Notes: generated by a model not told the origin, from the sequence alone. DNA of 64,000 bases from Octopus sinensis (GCF_006345805.1 NC_043003.1:33728001-33792000), one strand, 5' to 3'; positions 38,822-51,739 are shown, counted from the first letter of the stretch. Numbers and translations: made by a program.

Positions 38822-39583
38822 CCTTCTATATAATAAATTAATATATATATATATATATATTTGAGATTCAGATGAATTAGGTACTTCTGTTCAGGCACCG
38901 AAAATCAGTGCGGTATTGTCCGTACAATTTCAAAAGAAGGTGAATAAAATCAAAATAAGCAACAGGATATACAGAGGTGATGCAGCACGACCGTTTCAAG
39001 CGGCTCAATTTAATTGAACATTGCAATCATTACATCAATTTAAATGCAAAGCTATCCTCAGCGACATAAATATATAAATAGAATTAATTCAAATAGTTGG
39101 ACACATTTGTATAATTTTACTTAAATTCTCTAAGAGGGTAAGAAGACAAAGTCCAAGTTGTTTTCACTTCACCTTAGAAGCTACGAAAACATCAGAAAAA
39201 GAAAGAAACTTGTTAGGGTTCTAGCTAGTCACTGATTTTGGGGGTCGTTTATAATTTATAGTCCTAGTTTATCAGATCTTTGTATATCAAAATCTAAGAC
39301 AATAGAGCGGTGTCTGTTAGGAAAGGCCGTTCGTCAGATGACAGAATCATAGTGGGTATAGTTATAAAACTTGTCAAGATTATTTTGAAGTAGTATAAAA
39401 TAAATGGCTATAATGAGGTTTGGTAAAGGAAGATCTTAAGTCAAGATGTTAATTACCAATTAAAAGGGCAAGACCAATAAAACTAATGATGATAATACAG
39501 GTACTATAGTTGAATGATTCAAACAATATTATATATTGTATAAAGATAAAATTTAGGGTTATCGAAAAATATTTTTAAAATAC

Positions 39584-40696
39584 TGTTACGGGACCCCCAA
39601 CGAAAGTTGCTACGGAATCCCACCTGCCGTCGCTCAAACTCGAACCCGGGATCCCAACAAGTCGAGCGACGACGATTGACCAGGCCCGAACGATCGGCAA
39701 ATGTTCGCCACGGCAAATGTTCGCCAGAGAGGAGAGAGACAACAACAACAACTACAGCTGCAGGAAGAGACACAGAGGCACAAAGAAACACAGCGGAAGG
39801 CAATTGGCTTACATTTAACCTACTAGTTTATAACACTTTATAATTGTTACAACATCAAATACATTTAGATACATATCATGTACATCGAAGAGGAAGTACA
39901 TGCAAGGAACAACACATCAAAGCAATATAACAACAGCATTTAAAGAAAACAACAAATCAATACAGGTATACAACAGATCACAGCATTCGGGTACAATAAC
40001 GGTTCAGATTGATGCAATATACAGTCCGGAGACAACAGTCCTGTTTCAAATCACATTAACGTTACAGTTCAGAGGACAATTAACACATATACGTTCAATG
40101 TGCATTAAATTCTTTTCAGACTACAACAGAGCCTTTCTTTTTCTTTAACAGTTCTGTAACACAATGTCTTTACACAGTTCTCTTTAGCCTTTTCTTTATA
40201 ACCATCAACAACATAAACAATGTTCATTACTCAGTTCACATATCAATACAATAATTCACGTTACAATTCAACAACACATACCGTTACATCAGCCAATGCC
40301 TCACATTGTAGTTCATCTCTATTAGCCTCCTAATCCTCTGTATATCCCTCTCTGTCACAGCAGAACAAACCATTACTAACTCGCTGTACAATCCCAACTG
40401 TTCACTCTCTCATGACTGTCTGTCTGTCTCTCTCTGTGCTTCCTCTTTCAGTACACTGTCACCAGCAGAACAACCACTGCTAAAATCCAAACTGCCAACT
40501 GCTTGCCCTGAATCCCAAATGCCGACTGCCTGCCTTGAATCCCAAATGCCGACTGCCTCTCACAAACTGTACTCTAATTCACCTGAAAGGGTCGGGGAGT
40601 TTCCCCAGAGCTAATTAATCAACCCGCATCTGGCAGAACAATGGATTAATTCCCAAAAGTAGGTCGCCGGCTCTGTCCTTAAATTCAACCACAACA
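39584..40696. mobile_element. solo LTR (Gypsy-like, 4-bp TSD)
   Basis: Starts TGTTAC and ends CAACA; ATAC lies on both sides (39580-83, 40697-700). Composition differs from the AT-rich flanks, and there is an internal tandem GAATCCCAAATGCCGACTGCCT x2. Confidence 0.7.
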
Positions 40697-41716
40697 ATAC
40701 TATAACCAAAATGATAAATTTTTGAATAATTTTGAGTATATAGCAAAATTTACAACAATAGAGAAAGAAATAAAATACATAGAATTAGTTTAATATTTAT
40801 TCATATACTTAAATATTTATTTGTTATGTGGTATCTATGAAGATTGATCACTTGCATTTACTGGCAATTTAATACAGGAATACTGGGGCGATAAAACATG
40901 CTAACTATATAATAATAATTATAATCTAGGAAGTATATCATAAGTGTGGACTTTCTGGTGCTGTTATATATAAACAAATAGAAATTTCTACGGATACAAA
41001 CATTAGGTTTACTTACATAAAATCTATTATAAAAGTAATAATATGTTCAGTAGGGCAGACCACCATAGAAAGGAATAAATAGTTTAATCACTAAAAGCCA
41101 TGATGAAGTATATATACCTTATTATCATCAATAAAAAATCATTATATAGAATTTGTTTAATATATCAATCATTGAAACTAAATTATTTATTTATTAGTTA
41201 TTAGTTATTAGGTGGTATCTATAAAGACTGATGCCTGGTATTTACTAGAAGAATATTGAGGCTATAGAACATACTAACTATATATTAATTATAAACTGAG
41301 GGGTATAATAATAAGTTTCCAGAGTTAATACATACATGGTAATTTTGTTTTTAGGGGTACTTAATTAGGAGAGCCACTTACATATTGTCCTTTATAAAAA
41401 TAATAATATGAACAGGAGGGTGGAACACTATAGAACGGGATAAATAGATTAATTACTAAAACCATGATGAAGTTAGACTAACTAGGCAGGAATATTCATA
41501 GGATTGTATACTAACTCCATGTAGCACACTAACTTACTATAATATATAGCTTATATTATCTGCTATGTACTTTAATTCCTCATGTAACTGAATATCACCT
41601 GATTTATCTATATATATATATATATAGAACCAGAGGGTAGACTAATTAGATCCAACACTGAAAATATTAAAAGCTAGTTTCCATCAATTCAATTCAAGCA
41701 CAACACCTATAGAGCG

Positions 41717-42490
41717 CTAATTTGGAAAATATTTAAATGTATGAGTAGCACTGTGTACGCATGATACCCTAAGGTCTAATCTATTGTTAATCAGGTTGCT
41801 CTTGTCTTTATGCTTAAATATCTCATGTTTCCATAGAGCACAGCTCACACCCGTATCTACTATTTCTATAAGGCTGCGTTTTTCTAATTATTTCCGATTT
41901 AAGGCTAAAGTCACTTCCGCTTTCCTTCAGTTCCCAGATCTTACTAGATAATGACGTACAATAAGCCTTACATTTAAGTCTAAAAGAGGAAAAATGATTA
42001 TAAATACTCTGTTGTGTCTGGGGAGAGTCATTCTCTTTTAGTGCCTTATTATTTAACACACTCACCGGTAAAATTTCTACATATTTCTTGAGTCAAGACT
42101 ATTGAAAATGTTGCAAGACGCAACGAAAATTTTAGAAAATAAAAATAAGAAATAAGTGGAAATTTTACCGGTGAGTGTGTTAAATAATAAGGCACTAAAA
42201 GAGAATGACTCTCCCCAGACACAACAGAATATGCTTCAACACACGAACTCATAAAATGAATCTTGCAAACCAAATCCCAAAACGAAAGATTATAAATACG
42301 TTTTTCCATATTAATCGAACATCCAATATATATAAAGTTACCAGTTATAGTTATGACTGTACATTTATAAATTCGTTCTGGGTAAGACATCGGTCTAATA
42401 ACGGACAGTGGGATAAAACTCTAGTGGAAGCACTTGCAATAAATTCTCCAAAACAAGACAGAAGATGTTCCCATTCTGGGTCTGTGGCTT
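41717..42490 (-). mobile_element. Penelope-like element, GIY-YIG endonuclease C-terminal relic (interrupted)
   Basis: CPL..CL...IYKCTV..FIYIGCS..EKRIYN | HFSSFR..TSLSSKIWELKE..SEII...PY...CELC..NLINNR..C matches the PLE GIY-YIG layout. Confidence 0.9.
42008..42287. mobile_element. 280-bp fold-back insertion with 12-bp TSD
   Basis: GATTATAAATAC at 41996-42007 and 42288-42299; perfect 70-bp inverted arms at 42008-42077 and 42159-42228. Confidence 0.88.
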
Positions 42491-42542
42491 AAATGCCGTC
42501 CGATAGGGCGGCTTTTAAGTTGGTATATACATATACATACAA

Positions 42543-42603
<61 letters not shown>

Positions 42604-42713
42604 ATTACGGAGATGAAAATATTTTGACAAATTAAATTTAAATGTTGAATTGAGTGTAACGGTTTTTGTGTGTTTCTTAAATGGCTTATAAACACCTCCA
42701 CGCTGCAATTGTT

Positions 42714-42827
<114 letters not shown>

Positions 42828-43875
42828 GGTAGGGGTGCCTCTACTTGAATGCTTTTGATTATAAGTTTCGTCGATCATGTCCTGTTACTAGACACCTACT
42901 AATGCAAAGAGAATGTACGAATCAAGATACAGTCTCTAAATAGTTGCCCGGTCTCCAAGAAATGGGTAGAAAATTCCTTACAAATAACATTCTGCTGCCT
43001 CAAACAAAAGTCGATCACATTCTATGATTTCTTCTTGTATACAATCTATAAAGGCTGAATGGGCAAGTGTTAAATGACTTCCATCATAGGACTACTCATA
43101 AGCAATTGTTGTCCAGCTAAGTAACGCCAGCAACTGAAGCAACAAAAATGACATCAACACCATCAACATGAACGAACATCCTCAACCAAAAAATAGAAAT
43201 TTGAAAGAAAAAATACAATACAAGTTTACTATATTATGTGCAGTGTGTTATTTTGTTTAGATGAAATGCACAACTACATTGTTACACTCTATATGTCAGT
43301 GAAATGGAGAAAATAAGCATATCCTAAATTGAGCCAGAGGCAATGTTTATTATCTTGTTACTGAGAATTACCATTCAAGAAGAAGACGAATTAGAAGAAA
43401 ATCATTGGAAAGAATATGAGACAACAGAGCAGCAAATTAGCAAGAAGGTAGCAAATTTAATCAGAAGTAGCATCTACTAATTATTAGATATCTTTACAAG
43501 TTCATTAGTATGGGTGAGAGTTCAAGTTATTGGAATAGCACATCATTACCAAGTGTTGCAAGGCTGTGGTTTGAGAAACATGAAACGCGAAGAATATACA
43601 AATAAAAATAAAAGTTAACTGGACGGGATGATTGTACTAATAAAAGCGAGTTGAAGAATGACTGAAAACATATATAAGGTGGGGGGGGGAATAAATGTAA
43701 GAGGGTTGACACGAAGAAGATCAATACTTGCATGAAGAATAACAAGAGCAACAACCGAACAAGTAGAATAGCAGGCAGGAGAATGGTGACAGAGAAGGAG
43801 AATAATCAGAAGGGAAAAAGAAAATGAATGCGATAACGATAGCGACAACAGCGGAGGTGGCAACGACGACGACGA

Positions 43876-44422
43876 AGAAGAAAGAAGAAGAGAAGAAGAA
43901 GAAGAAGAAGAGAAGAAGAAGAAGAAAGAAGAAGAGAAGAAAGAAGAAGAAGAAGAAGAAGAAGAAGAAAGAAGAAGAAGAAGAAGGATGAGGAAAAGGA
44001 TGAGAAGGAGGGCGGAGGAAGAGAAGAGGGGAGGAGAAGTAGAAGGAGAAGAAAGAAGAAGAAGAAGAAGAAGAAGAAGAAGCAGAAGAGGGAGGAGAAG
44101 AAGAAGGAGGTTGAAGAGGAAGATGAATAGAAGGAGAAGAAGAAGAAGAAAAAGAAGAAGAAGAAGAAGAAGGAAGAGGAGAAGAAGAAGGAGGAGGAGG
44201 AGGAGGAGGAGAAGGAGAAGAAGGAAGAAGGAGGAGAAGAAGAAGGAGGAGGAGGAGGAGGAGGAGGAGAAGAAGAGGAAGGAGAGGAGGAGAAGAAGAA
44301 AGGGAAGAAGAAGGAAGAAGGACGAGAAGAAGAAGAAGAAGAAGAAGGGGAGGAGGAGAAGAAGAAAGGGAAGAAGAAGGAAGAAGGAGGAGAAGTTGAA
44401 GAAGAAGAAAGAAGAAGAAGGT
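43876..44422 (+). repeat. ~545-bp almost pure polypurine (GAA/GGA) tract
   Basis: Only about a dozen pyrimidines in the tract; source of the R/K/E ORF. Confidence 0.97.
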
Positions 44423-45439
44423 CGTGAGTTAATCGAATAACTGTAGGTCTGGTGCTGTTATATTAAGACAACGGCACTTGAGTGACGACGGACTCCATTA
44501 CATACTGCTAATTCTGTTGACTGTAACTAAACTTCTTTTTCTCTCGGACCTAACTAACCATTTCTGTTGAATCAGATGAAATATATACAATATATTATTC
44601 ATTTAGGAAAGCCACTTATAAAACTTTACTTCAATTCGGTACTTATATTTCGACCCCTTTACTGTTAATTCTAACCAAATATATTCATACCATTTCAAGA
44701 GTACGTAATGCTGTTTTTGCTGACCCACGGATATGCTCTGGTCGATCAGACATAAAGTAAAAAAATATTCCAAAATGACCATCATGACTGGTATATTTAA
44801 ATTTTAGACATGGTATGTGTAAGCATACGTTATCGTCCTAATATTACTTTTTCTTTCCAGGCGAGGAGCTGACAGAATCGTTAGCCGACAGTGCACAATA
44901 CTTAGAGGCATTCCGTCCGTCTATAGGTTCTGAGTTCAAATGCTACCAGAATTAAATTTTGCTTCCATCCTTTCAGGATGGACAAAATAAGTACCGATGG
45001 AGCAATGGCGTTGATGAAATCGATTGAATTCTTAAATTTGAAACCAAATTTGCTTTCACTAAGTCGGTATGGTGTGACTTCAAAAATAAAATGTACTCTT
45101 TATAGAATATCTGAAGCCGGTGATATGCGCTGGCAACCCAGGTATTTCTACCATGCATGTATATGGTATGTCTGAAATGAATTTTTGTATTTGGTTTGCA
45201 AGATTCTTGATGTGAATTCGTGTGCTGAATCAACTCTTGTTTTGTCATGGATGAGTCATTACGCCAATAATAATAATAATACCACGCTCTCCAGTTCAAT
45301 ATCATTTTATTGTTGCGCAATTCTTTAAATATTTGAACCAACTAACTAATTACACTTTAAAAGCAAGTGTGTATAATTAGATGTTTTTTGTTTGATTTGT
45401 TAGATCCGTATAGAATAAGTTAGTAGCTGTAATTAGTTT

Positions 45440-45990
45440 GGAGGCATTGGATCTAATCCTTTGCTTTGACAATACACAGATAAAAGATCCGAATTACAAC
45501 TACAAAACCAGAAGCAGCAAACATTGTCGAAAAGTAAAAAAGTTAGACTACATATACAATAGCAATTGCAATTGTAGAACACGTTCATCCTCTCAGTTGA
45601 AGGAAACTGCTTCTCAAGAAATATCCTATATAGTGCAACTGTAACCACAAACACGTTACCAACCAATATATTTTACATATGTAGGTACTGCATATGTTCA
45701 AGACACATTACAACCAACATGCCCACATTTTTCGAAACCCAAACAGGAAAATGATACGTCATTGTTTAAACATATGTGGCAATTAAAATAAATATATTTC
45801 CCCATTTAGTAACAATTAGAAAATACTATCACACGCACAGCCATACGAATGTAACAAAGAACTCTGCTAAATTTCTATTTATGCATTCTATCATATTCTA
45901 ACATTCATGGACCAAATTCTGAACCGAAAGTCTGAACGAGTCTCTTCATGAAAGTACAGAATCTTAAAAACTCTAAAACATTTCAAACCA
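45440..45990 (+). mobile_element. second Penelope-like GIY-YIG relic
   Basis: NCNCR (45564-78), ..ILYSATVTT..YVGT..FKTHYNQH..DTSLFKHMWQLK (45775-89)..QPYECN, with frameshifts. Confidence 0.75.
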
Positions 45991-47136
45991 AAAGTTTTCT
46001 AATAGCTAAAGATGTAAGTATCTTATCAACCCCCACTCCCTGAACCTAGACCATAAACTATCCTCTTAATATACATGAATATAACTTTTACAGCTTTAAA
46101 CTAAACAAGTAGCCTGGAAAGTATCTAAAGGTTTCACTATTTCCAACCAAAATTATCACAAAAGTTTTACACAAACTTACAAATGGACACGCATAAAAAT
46201 AAGATAAAAATGTATGCAAGTAAGTTGGAAGATCGTTTTCTTCTGTAAACCTTTTTAGGTTTCCTTTTAATTTTAAATTTTACCGATTTCGAAATGATGA
46301 AAAGCCAAGTCAAAAATGGTGGCATTTGAACTCCGAACGTAATGAAGCAGAAGTATTTTTCCCTGAGTGTTAACGATTCTTCGAGCTTACCGCATAATAA
46401 TAGTGCATAATATCAGTAAATGAATGAGAAACAATGCTTCAAACAACAATGAAATATTCCCCCGAAACACATCGTACCATCTTCAACAAAAACATGTCAA
46501 AACAGATTAGATATTATGGTCTTCGTTCTGAAAACGTAGATGTAAGGGTTATGACTGGAAACTCTAAAACAAAGGCCTATTAAATTTGAGTGAGCTAATA
46601 CTAAGCTGCAACATTCACAAATTTTCACACTATCAATTAAGCCCTGTTGGATTTCAAGTGGGAATTTGAACTCAGAAAGAACAGCCGGAAACAACGCTAC
46701 TAAGCATTTTGTCCAGCGTGGAAACGATTCTGCCAGATAACAGCTTTTATTAGGTTGAAATGTTAAAATGTAACATACGGTGCACCAAGTGTACAAATGG
46801 GTGGCGTGCATTCAGTTAACATTACGTGGTAGTTTGATTCATGTGATTATCTCTTGCAGAAATTGCTACAGGACATTAGGTTCAGCTAGTGCATTACTCG
46901 TCTTTCGGTGCATTGTGCAGTTTATGGATACAGGATAGCCTAATCCATAATCAAACATTAAGGATGATATTAAGAAAAAGATATGCGGATTATTTCTATA
47001 GATGTATACGGTATCTATTTATGTACCAGAACAGAGAGACAACATTCATACGCTGCAAACAACGGAAATACACCACGCCACACACATATAGTTGCATACT
47101 GCATGCTTATGCATATAAATATATATACTTGCATAT

Positions 47137-47196
<60 letters not shown>

Positions 47197-47800
47197 ATTT
47201 ATATCTAGATGCATATACACACACGTAAGTTTGCACATATCTATCCATTTGTCTGTCTGTCTGTCTGTCTGTATGTATGTATGTATGTATGCATGTATGT
47301 ATGTATGTGTGTGTGTGTGTATGTGTGTGCGTGTGTGTGTTTGTCTGCGTGTGTGTGTGTATTTGCGTGTGTGTGAATGTACATAGCTGAACCTAATGTC
47401 CTGTGTGTGTGAGTGTGTATTTGTATGTATATGTGTGATGTCTTCGAGCGTACATATGTGCGTATGTACACGTGTGCGTGAGTGTGCATGCGTATGTGAG
47501 AGATGCTATTTAGCTGGAATATCTGTGTGCATATGTTTACTCGGTTTATTCTTCTAGTGTTGATTAACGAGAAAAAAGTTTCATACGCAGGTACACTTGT
47601 GTCACTGTCAACGAAGTTATGCTTATGTTTTGTAGGAGTTTGTAATTTTCATTCGTTATGCGTGGGTTTGCTTTCGTTTTCTATCTTCGTATAGTAACAG
47701 ATTTCTCATTCTGTATTTTGTGTACCTGAATATTTGTGCGTTTTCGTGTGTAAGAATATATTATTTTATTGTGAAATAATTTGGAAATACGACGTTCTTG

Positions 47801-48219
47801 GGATCTTTTCGGTTTGAACGGCAGTTTTTTTATAGCGGTGTCATATGAAATTGTCACCCATAATTATGACCCTAGTATCGATCTATTGCATTTCAATCTC
47901 TTTTAGGGTTAGGGTTAGGGTTAGGGGTGGGGGAAGGGTATATTTTTTCTTCAGAAATGTAAACAAACCCAATCTGTTTCTTAAACGAGGGACATTTTCA
48001 TACGGCACAGAATGTTTTCACCGCGATAGACGTCATTGGTTGAAATTGCAGAAATTGAAGAAAAAAACCCAACAAATATCTTACAAATTATTGAATTTTC
48101 TCAATAAGGCCAAGAGAAAAAGATGTTTTATAAACACATTCTACCAGTATACGAAGTTTAAAAGTGTTTAGTTATATGGGAATTATTTTAAAAAACTGCC
48201 GTTCAAACCGAAAAGATTC
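47801..48219. mobile_element. MITE with ~30-bp TIRs, 8-bp TSD and internal (TTAGGG)4
   Basis: TIR GGATCTTTTCGGTTTGAACGGCAGTTTTTT / AAAAAACTGCCGTTCAAACCGAAAAGATTC; CGTTCTTG at 47793-800 and 48220-27; telomeric repeats at 47903-47926. Confidence 0.88.
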
Positions 48220-48877
48220 CGTTCTTGGATGTGATAGTTGATACACGTTTATTGGTGAGCCTTATATTGTGGGTGTTATTTGAAAGCATTCATATGTGAT
48301 ATATATCTTAGAAAGACGGTGGGTTGGGAAAGTACAACGTCCGAAAAAATTACTCACAGTATATCTTCAGGCCATTTACTTTCAGAATTTAAATTCCACC
48401 GCGGTGAATTTTGCTTTTCTTCTTCCTGGAATCCATAATATGATGAAGCAGTTAAATACTGGATTCGAAGAAATAGATTAGTGGTATTTTTGCAAAATTG
48501 CTAGCATTCTGATTTAATTAAAATTCATTAGTAAGCAGTGAATTGGCAGAAAACCGAGGGAAAATACTTTGCTGTTATTTGTTTTGGGCTCGTTTACGTC
48601 CTGAGTTCAAATGCTGCTGATATCAACATGTTTGAAACAACAATATATTCTGTTTTTCTCAGAACAATAACAACAATAGAAAATAGAATGACTACACAAA
48701 TTCGAATATTAATTATTGTTGTATGAAGAACTGTGCATCCGAAATCGCTCACTTTCGAAAATAAACAATAAACCAGCAATCATCAATAAGGCTCAGTGTA
48801 AAGTTATGTGCTATTTAAGGCCATCTTGTTTTAATTTAAATACCAAACTCTCTTTTCGTCAAACTTTCTTTCACTCT

Positions 48878-48930
<53 letters not shown>

Positions 48931-49314
48931 CTCCATCTCTTTCTCTTTTTCCCTCTCTCCCCCTCTCTCTCAAGTCTCTCAATATGTGTATGTGAATATG
49001 CGTACATAAATATCTCCCTATTTATCTACCCATCTACTCAAACGATATAACGACTAATTATTTTTCTACCAACTTCTCCTTCAGTCCTTTTATCTAGCTA
49101 TCTCACTGTCTGTCTTTCTCTCTATCTGTCGGTTTGTCTGTTTGTCGATCGATCTTTATATCTATCTCTTTGCATGTATCTATATAATCTTATGTTTACT
49201 CTAAAAGTACGGTTAATCATTAAAACCTCAAAAAAAAAAAAAGAAAGAGTTGACCATTTAAAAAAGAGTTTATTGTCTGCCATTTTACATATACGATATC
49301 TAAAGGCCCCAAGA

Positions 49315-49650
49315 CGGCGTGCTGACAGAAACGTTAGCACGCCGGGCGAAATGTTTCACGGTATTTCGTTTGCCGCTACGTTCTGAGTTCAAATTCTGCC
49401 TTTTATCTTTTCGGGGTTGATTAAATAAGTACCAGTTACGCACTGGAGTCGATAAAATCGACTTAACTAGTGTCTCTCTCCTTGTTTGTCCTCTCTGTGT
49501 TTAGCCCTTTGTGGGTAGTAAAGAAATATGTATTTCGTTTGTCTTTACGTTCTGAGTTCAAATTCCGCCGAGGTCGACTTTGCCTTTCATCCTTTCGGGG
49601 TCGATTAAATAAGTACCAGTTACGCACTGGAGTCGATATAATCGACTTAA
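49315..49650 (+). mobile_element. dimeric SINE family A copy
   Basis: Head AACGTTAGCACGCCGGGCGAAATG, then the same linker (TTTAGCCCTTTGTGGGTAGTAAAGAAAT) and second B-box unit as 3451-3845. Confidence 0.88.
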
Positions 49651-49707
49651 TCCGTTTGTGTCACTTTGATGGCATGCGCTGTTCTCTCACCGAATAATAA
49701 TAATAAT

Positions 49708-50040
49708 GTGAAACAGTTTCTGACCCAAAATTCCATGACCCCACTTAATTCTCCACCCTATTCACCCTACCGTGCTCCCTGCGTATTTTTTTGTTCCGCC
49801 GAATGAAAAAAGTCCTTAATGGAAAATATTTTGCAGATGTAGAAGAGATGACAAAAAAAAAAAAAGCGACGGAGACGTTAAAAGCATCACTTTGCAAGAG
49901 TTTCAGCACTGCTTCGAACAATGAAAAACGCGTCTTGACCGATGCATTGCTTCAAACGGAGAATACTTTGAAGGCGATAAAAGTGTAAACATGTAAGATT
50001 AAGGGAATGAAATAATATAGCAAAATTTCCGTTTCGTAGA
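49708..50040 (+). mobile_element. mariner transposase C-terminal relic
   Basis: VKQFLTQNSM..PPYSPYRAPCVFFLFRRMKKVLNGKYF.DVEE..FEQ*KTRLDRCIASNGEYFEGD is a decayed YSPDLAPxDFFLF ... YFE motif. Confidence 0.9.
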
Positions 50041-50242
50041 CTAATTTTCTTCATATTTACATCATTAAGTATCAATTGATTTGCTGAAGTCTGGGTGGAG
50101 ACGAGTAAACAGATACATTATAATATTTAAAGTCAAGCTGAGTACATAATAAAAACCTTTGATTCTACATTCGATTATTACTACAGCTTACCACCTTAGC
50201 TGAAATGTTTTTTCGATCTCCTTTTCCAGATCTCTTGATATA

Positions 50243-50742
50243 CAGGGTTATTTAAAGAGAATAAACCGATTTCATTACGCAATATTTTAATAAGCAAAAG
50301 CAATGGAAAACTCCAGCTATGTCACAAGTATTTACTCACAATCAAATTTTATTTCCTGCCTTACAGGTTGTCACTGTGGTCACGACCTGCAGTACAGGCA
50401 ACATCAATGCGATAAGGGCATTCCTCCCAGAAGCGTATCTGCTTGGCCTACCAGATCCCCAGACCTCACCGTGTGTTTTTTTTTTTTGTGGGGATTTGAA
50501 AAAGATAGCGTTTCTTCAAAATTTCAAATGACAACAGCGATCAACTCAGTGGATCGTGATATGCCGATACGCGTCTCGGAGGAATTCTCTTATCGCATTG
50601 ATGGCCACATTGAACGCTTGTAAGACAGGAAATAAAAGTTGATTGTAAGTAAATACTTGTGATTTAGCTGGAGTTTTCTATTGCTTTTCCTTTATTAAAA
50701 TATTGCGTAATGTAATCGGTTCATTCTTTTTGAATAGCCCTG
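50243..50742 (+). mobile_element. Tc1/mariner internal-deletion derivative (500 bp) with ~120-bp TIRs and TA TSD
   Basis: TA|CAGGGTTATT...AATAGCCCTG|TA; the interior encodes WPTRSPDLTVCFFFLWG and EEFSYRID..HIE (WPPRSPDL-type transposase end). Confidence 0.9.
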
Positions 50743-51468
50743 TATTATGTGCATTTTACTTCTCCTTCTCTCTCAATCTGAACTTGAAGTGCATATACAG
50801 AAATCATCAAGAGTTTAAGATGTGTTATTGTTAAACGATTATATTTTTCTGTATATTTTACTTATATCCACATCAACAACAGATTTTGATTATGACTAGT
50901 TATCACTCCTGAATATTTAGACAGCAGGGCATTGAATTCTGACTGGGAGCAGTTAGTATTAAGTAAGACACTTAGCGTTTTTAAAGTTATTTTTAAGTTA
51001 CGAGACATATTACGCTGATGCCAGGGCCGGACATACTACCTGGGTTACTCGCAAGTCTTATATGTACTACTTCATTTATTTTTCTTAAAAGTCTATCATG
51101 GTTCTCTATGAATTATGGAAAATTTTATTATTTAGCAATATATGATTTCTCTTTTCGAATTACATCATAGTGTCAAGTATTCCTGAATTGGGTATATTAT
51201 TCCTTTCATTAATGCGTCTATTGCTCCTGAGTTCTAACCTTTACAGATCTTCTACAGACGACATCATTTAACCCTCTGCAAATGCACTGGGGTTTATACA
51301 ATCAGTTCTATGTTCTAACTGTTCATAAGTGCATCAAACTTAACGAAGTGTCAGAATTTCTGACCGTCCTCAGTTGAAGGAGTTGTGAAGCAATACTGCT
51401 TCAAAACACAGTTAATGAGTCCAATACTAACGTCAGTTTAATACGGTTGACTTTGTCTTAGACAAGAA

Positions 51469-51502
<34 letters not shown>

Positions 51503-51739
51503 AACACACACTAACACGCACACTCACGTAAACACCTAAAAAAAAACAGACAACGCAATGCGATTAGATATATTTTATTTTTAAAAAAAGCACAACGCTG
51601 CGGTTTTATCTCCTCTGCAAAAACGTAAACATGTTTATAATAATTCTCTTGACAAGAACCTAACATCTGAGACCGAGTATTGTAACTTAAGCAGTTTTCA
51701 AACGAAGAATTATTACAGAGACAGATGTGGGTGTGTGAT

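Larger units (their letters stand above)
38463..38842. mobile_element. Penelope-like pLTR in inverted (palindromic) duplication, between (TA)n tracts
   Basis: Perfect arms 38528-38681 and 38689-38842 with a 7-nt spacer TTGCGCT. The left arm extends a further 65 bp to 38463. Each arm carries a hammerhead, a known pLTR hallmark. Confidence 0.8.

Noticed and set aside
38986-39038. Minus-strand TTGATG...GAAACGGTCGTG motif
   Set aside because: CUGANGA is not intact and the triplet is GTG; too degenerate to call a ribozyme.
43988-44440. 150-aa R/K/E-rich ORF resembling a protamine or nucleolar protein
   Set aside because: It is entirely a GAA/GGA repeat tract with no splice or codon evidence.
45106-45141. 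Possible 36-nt plus-strand micro-exon (ISEAGDMRWQP)
   Set aside because: Splice-like flanks only; it sits among repeat relics and has no partner exons.
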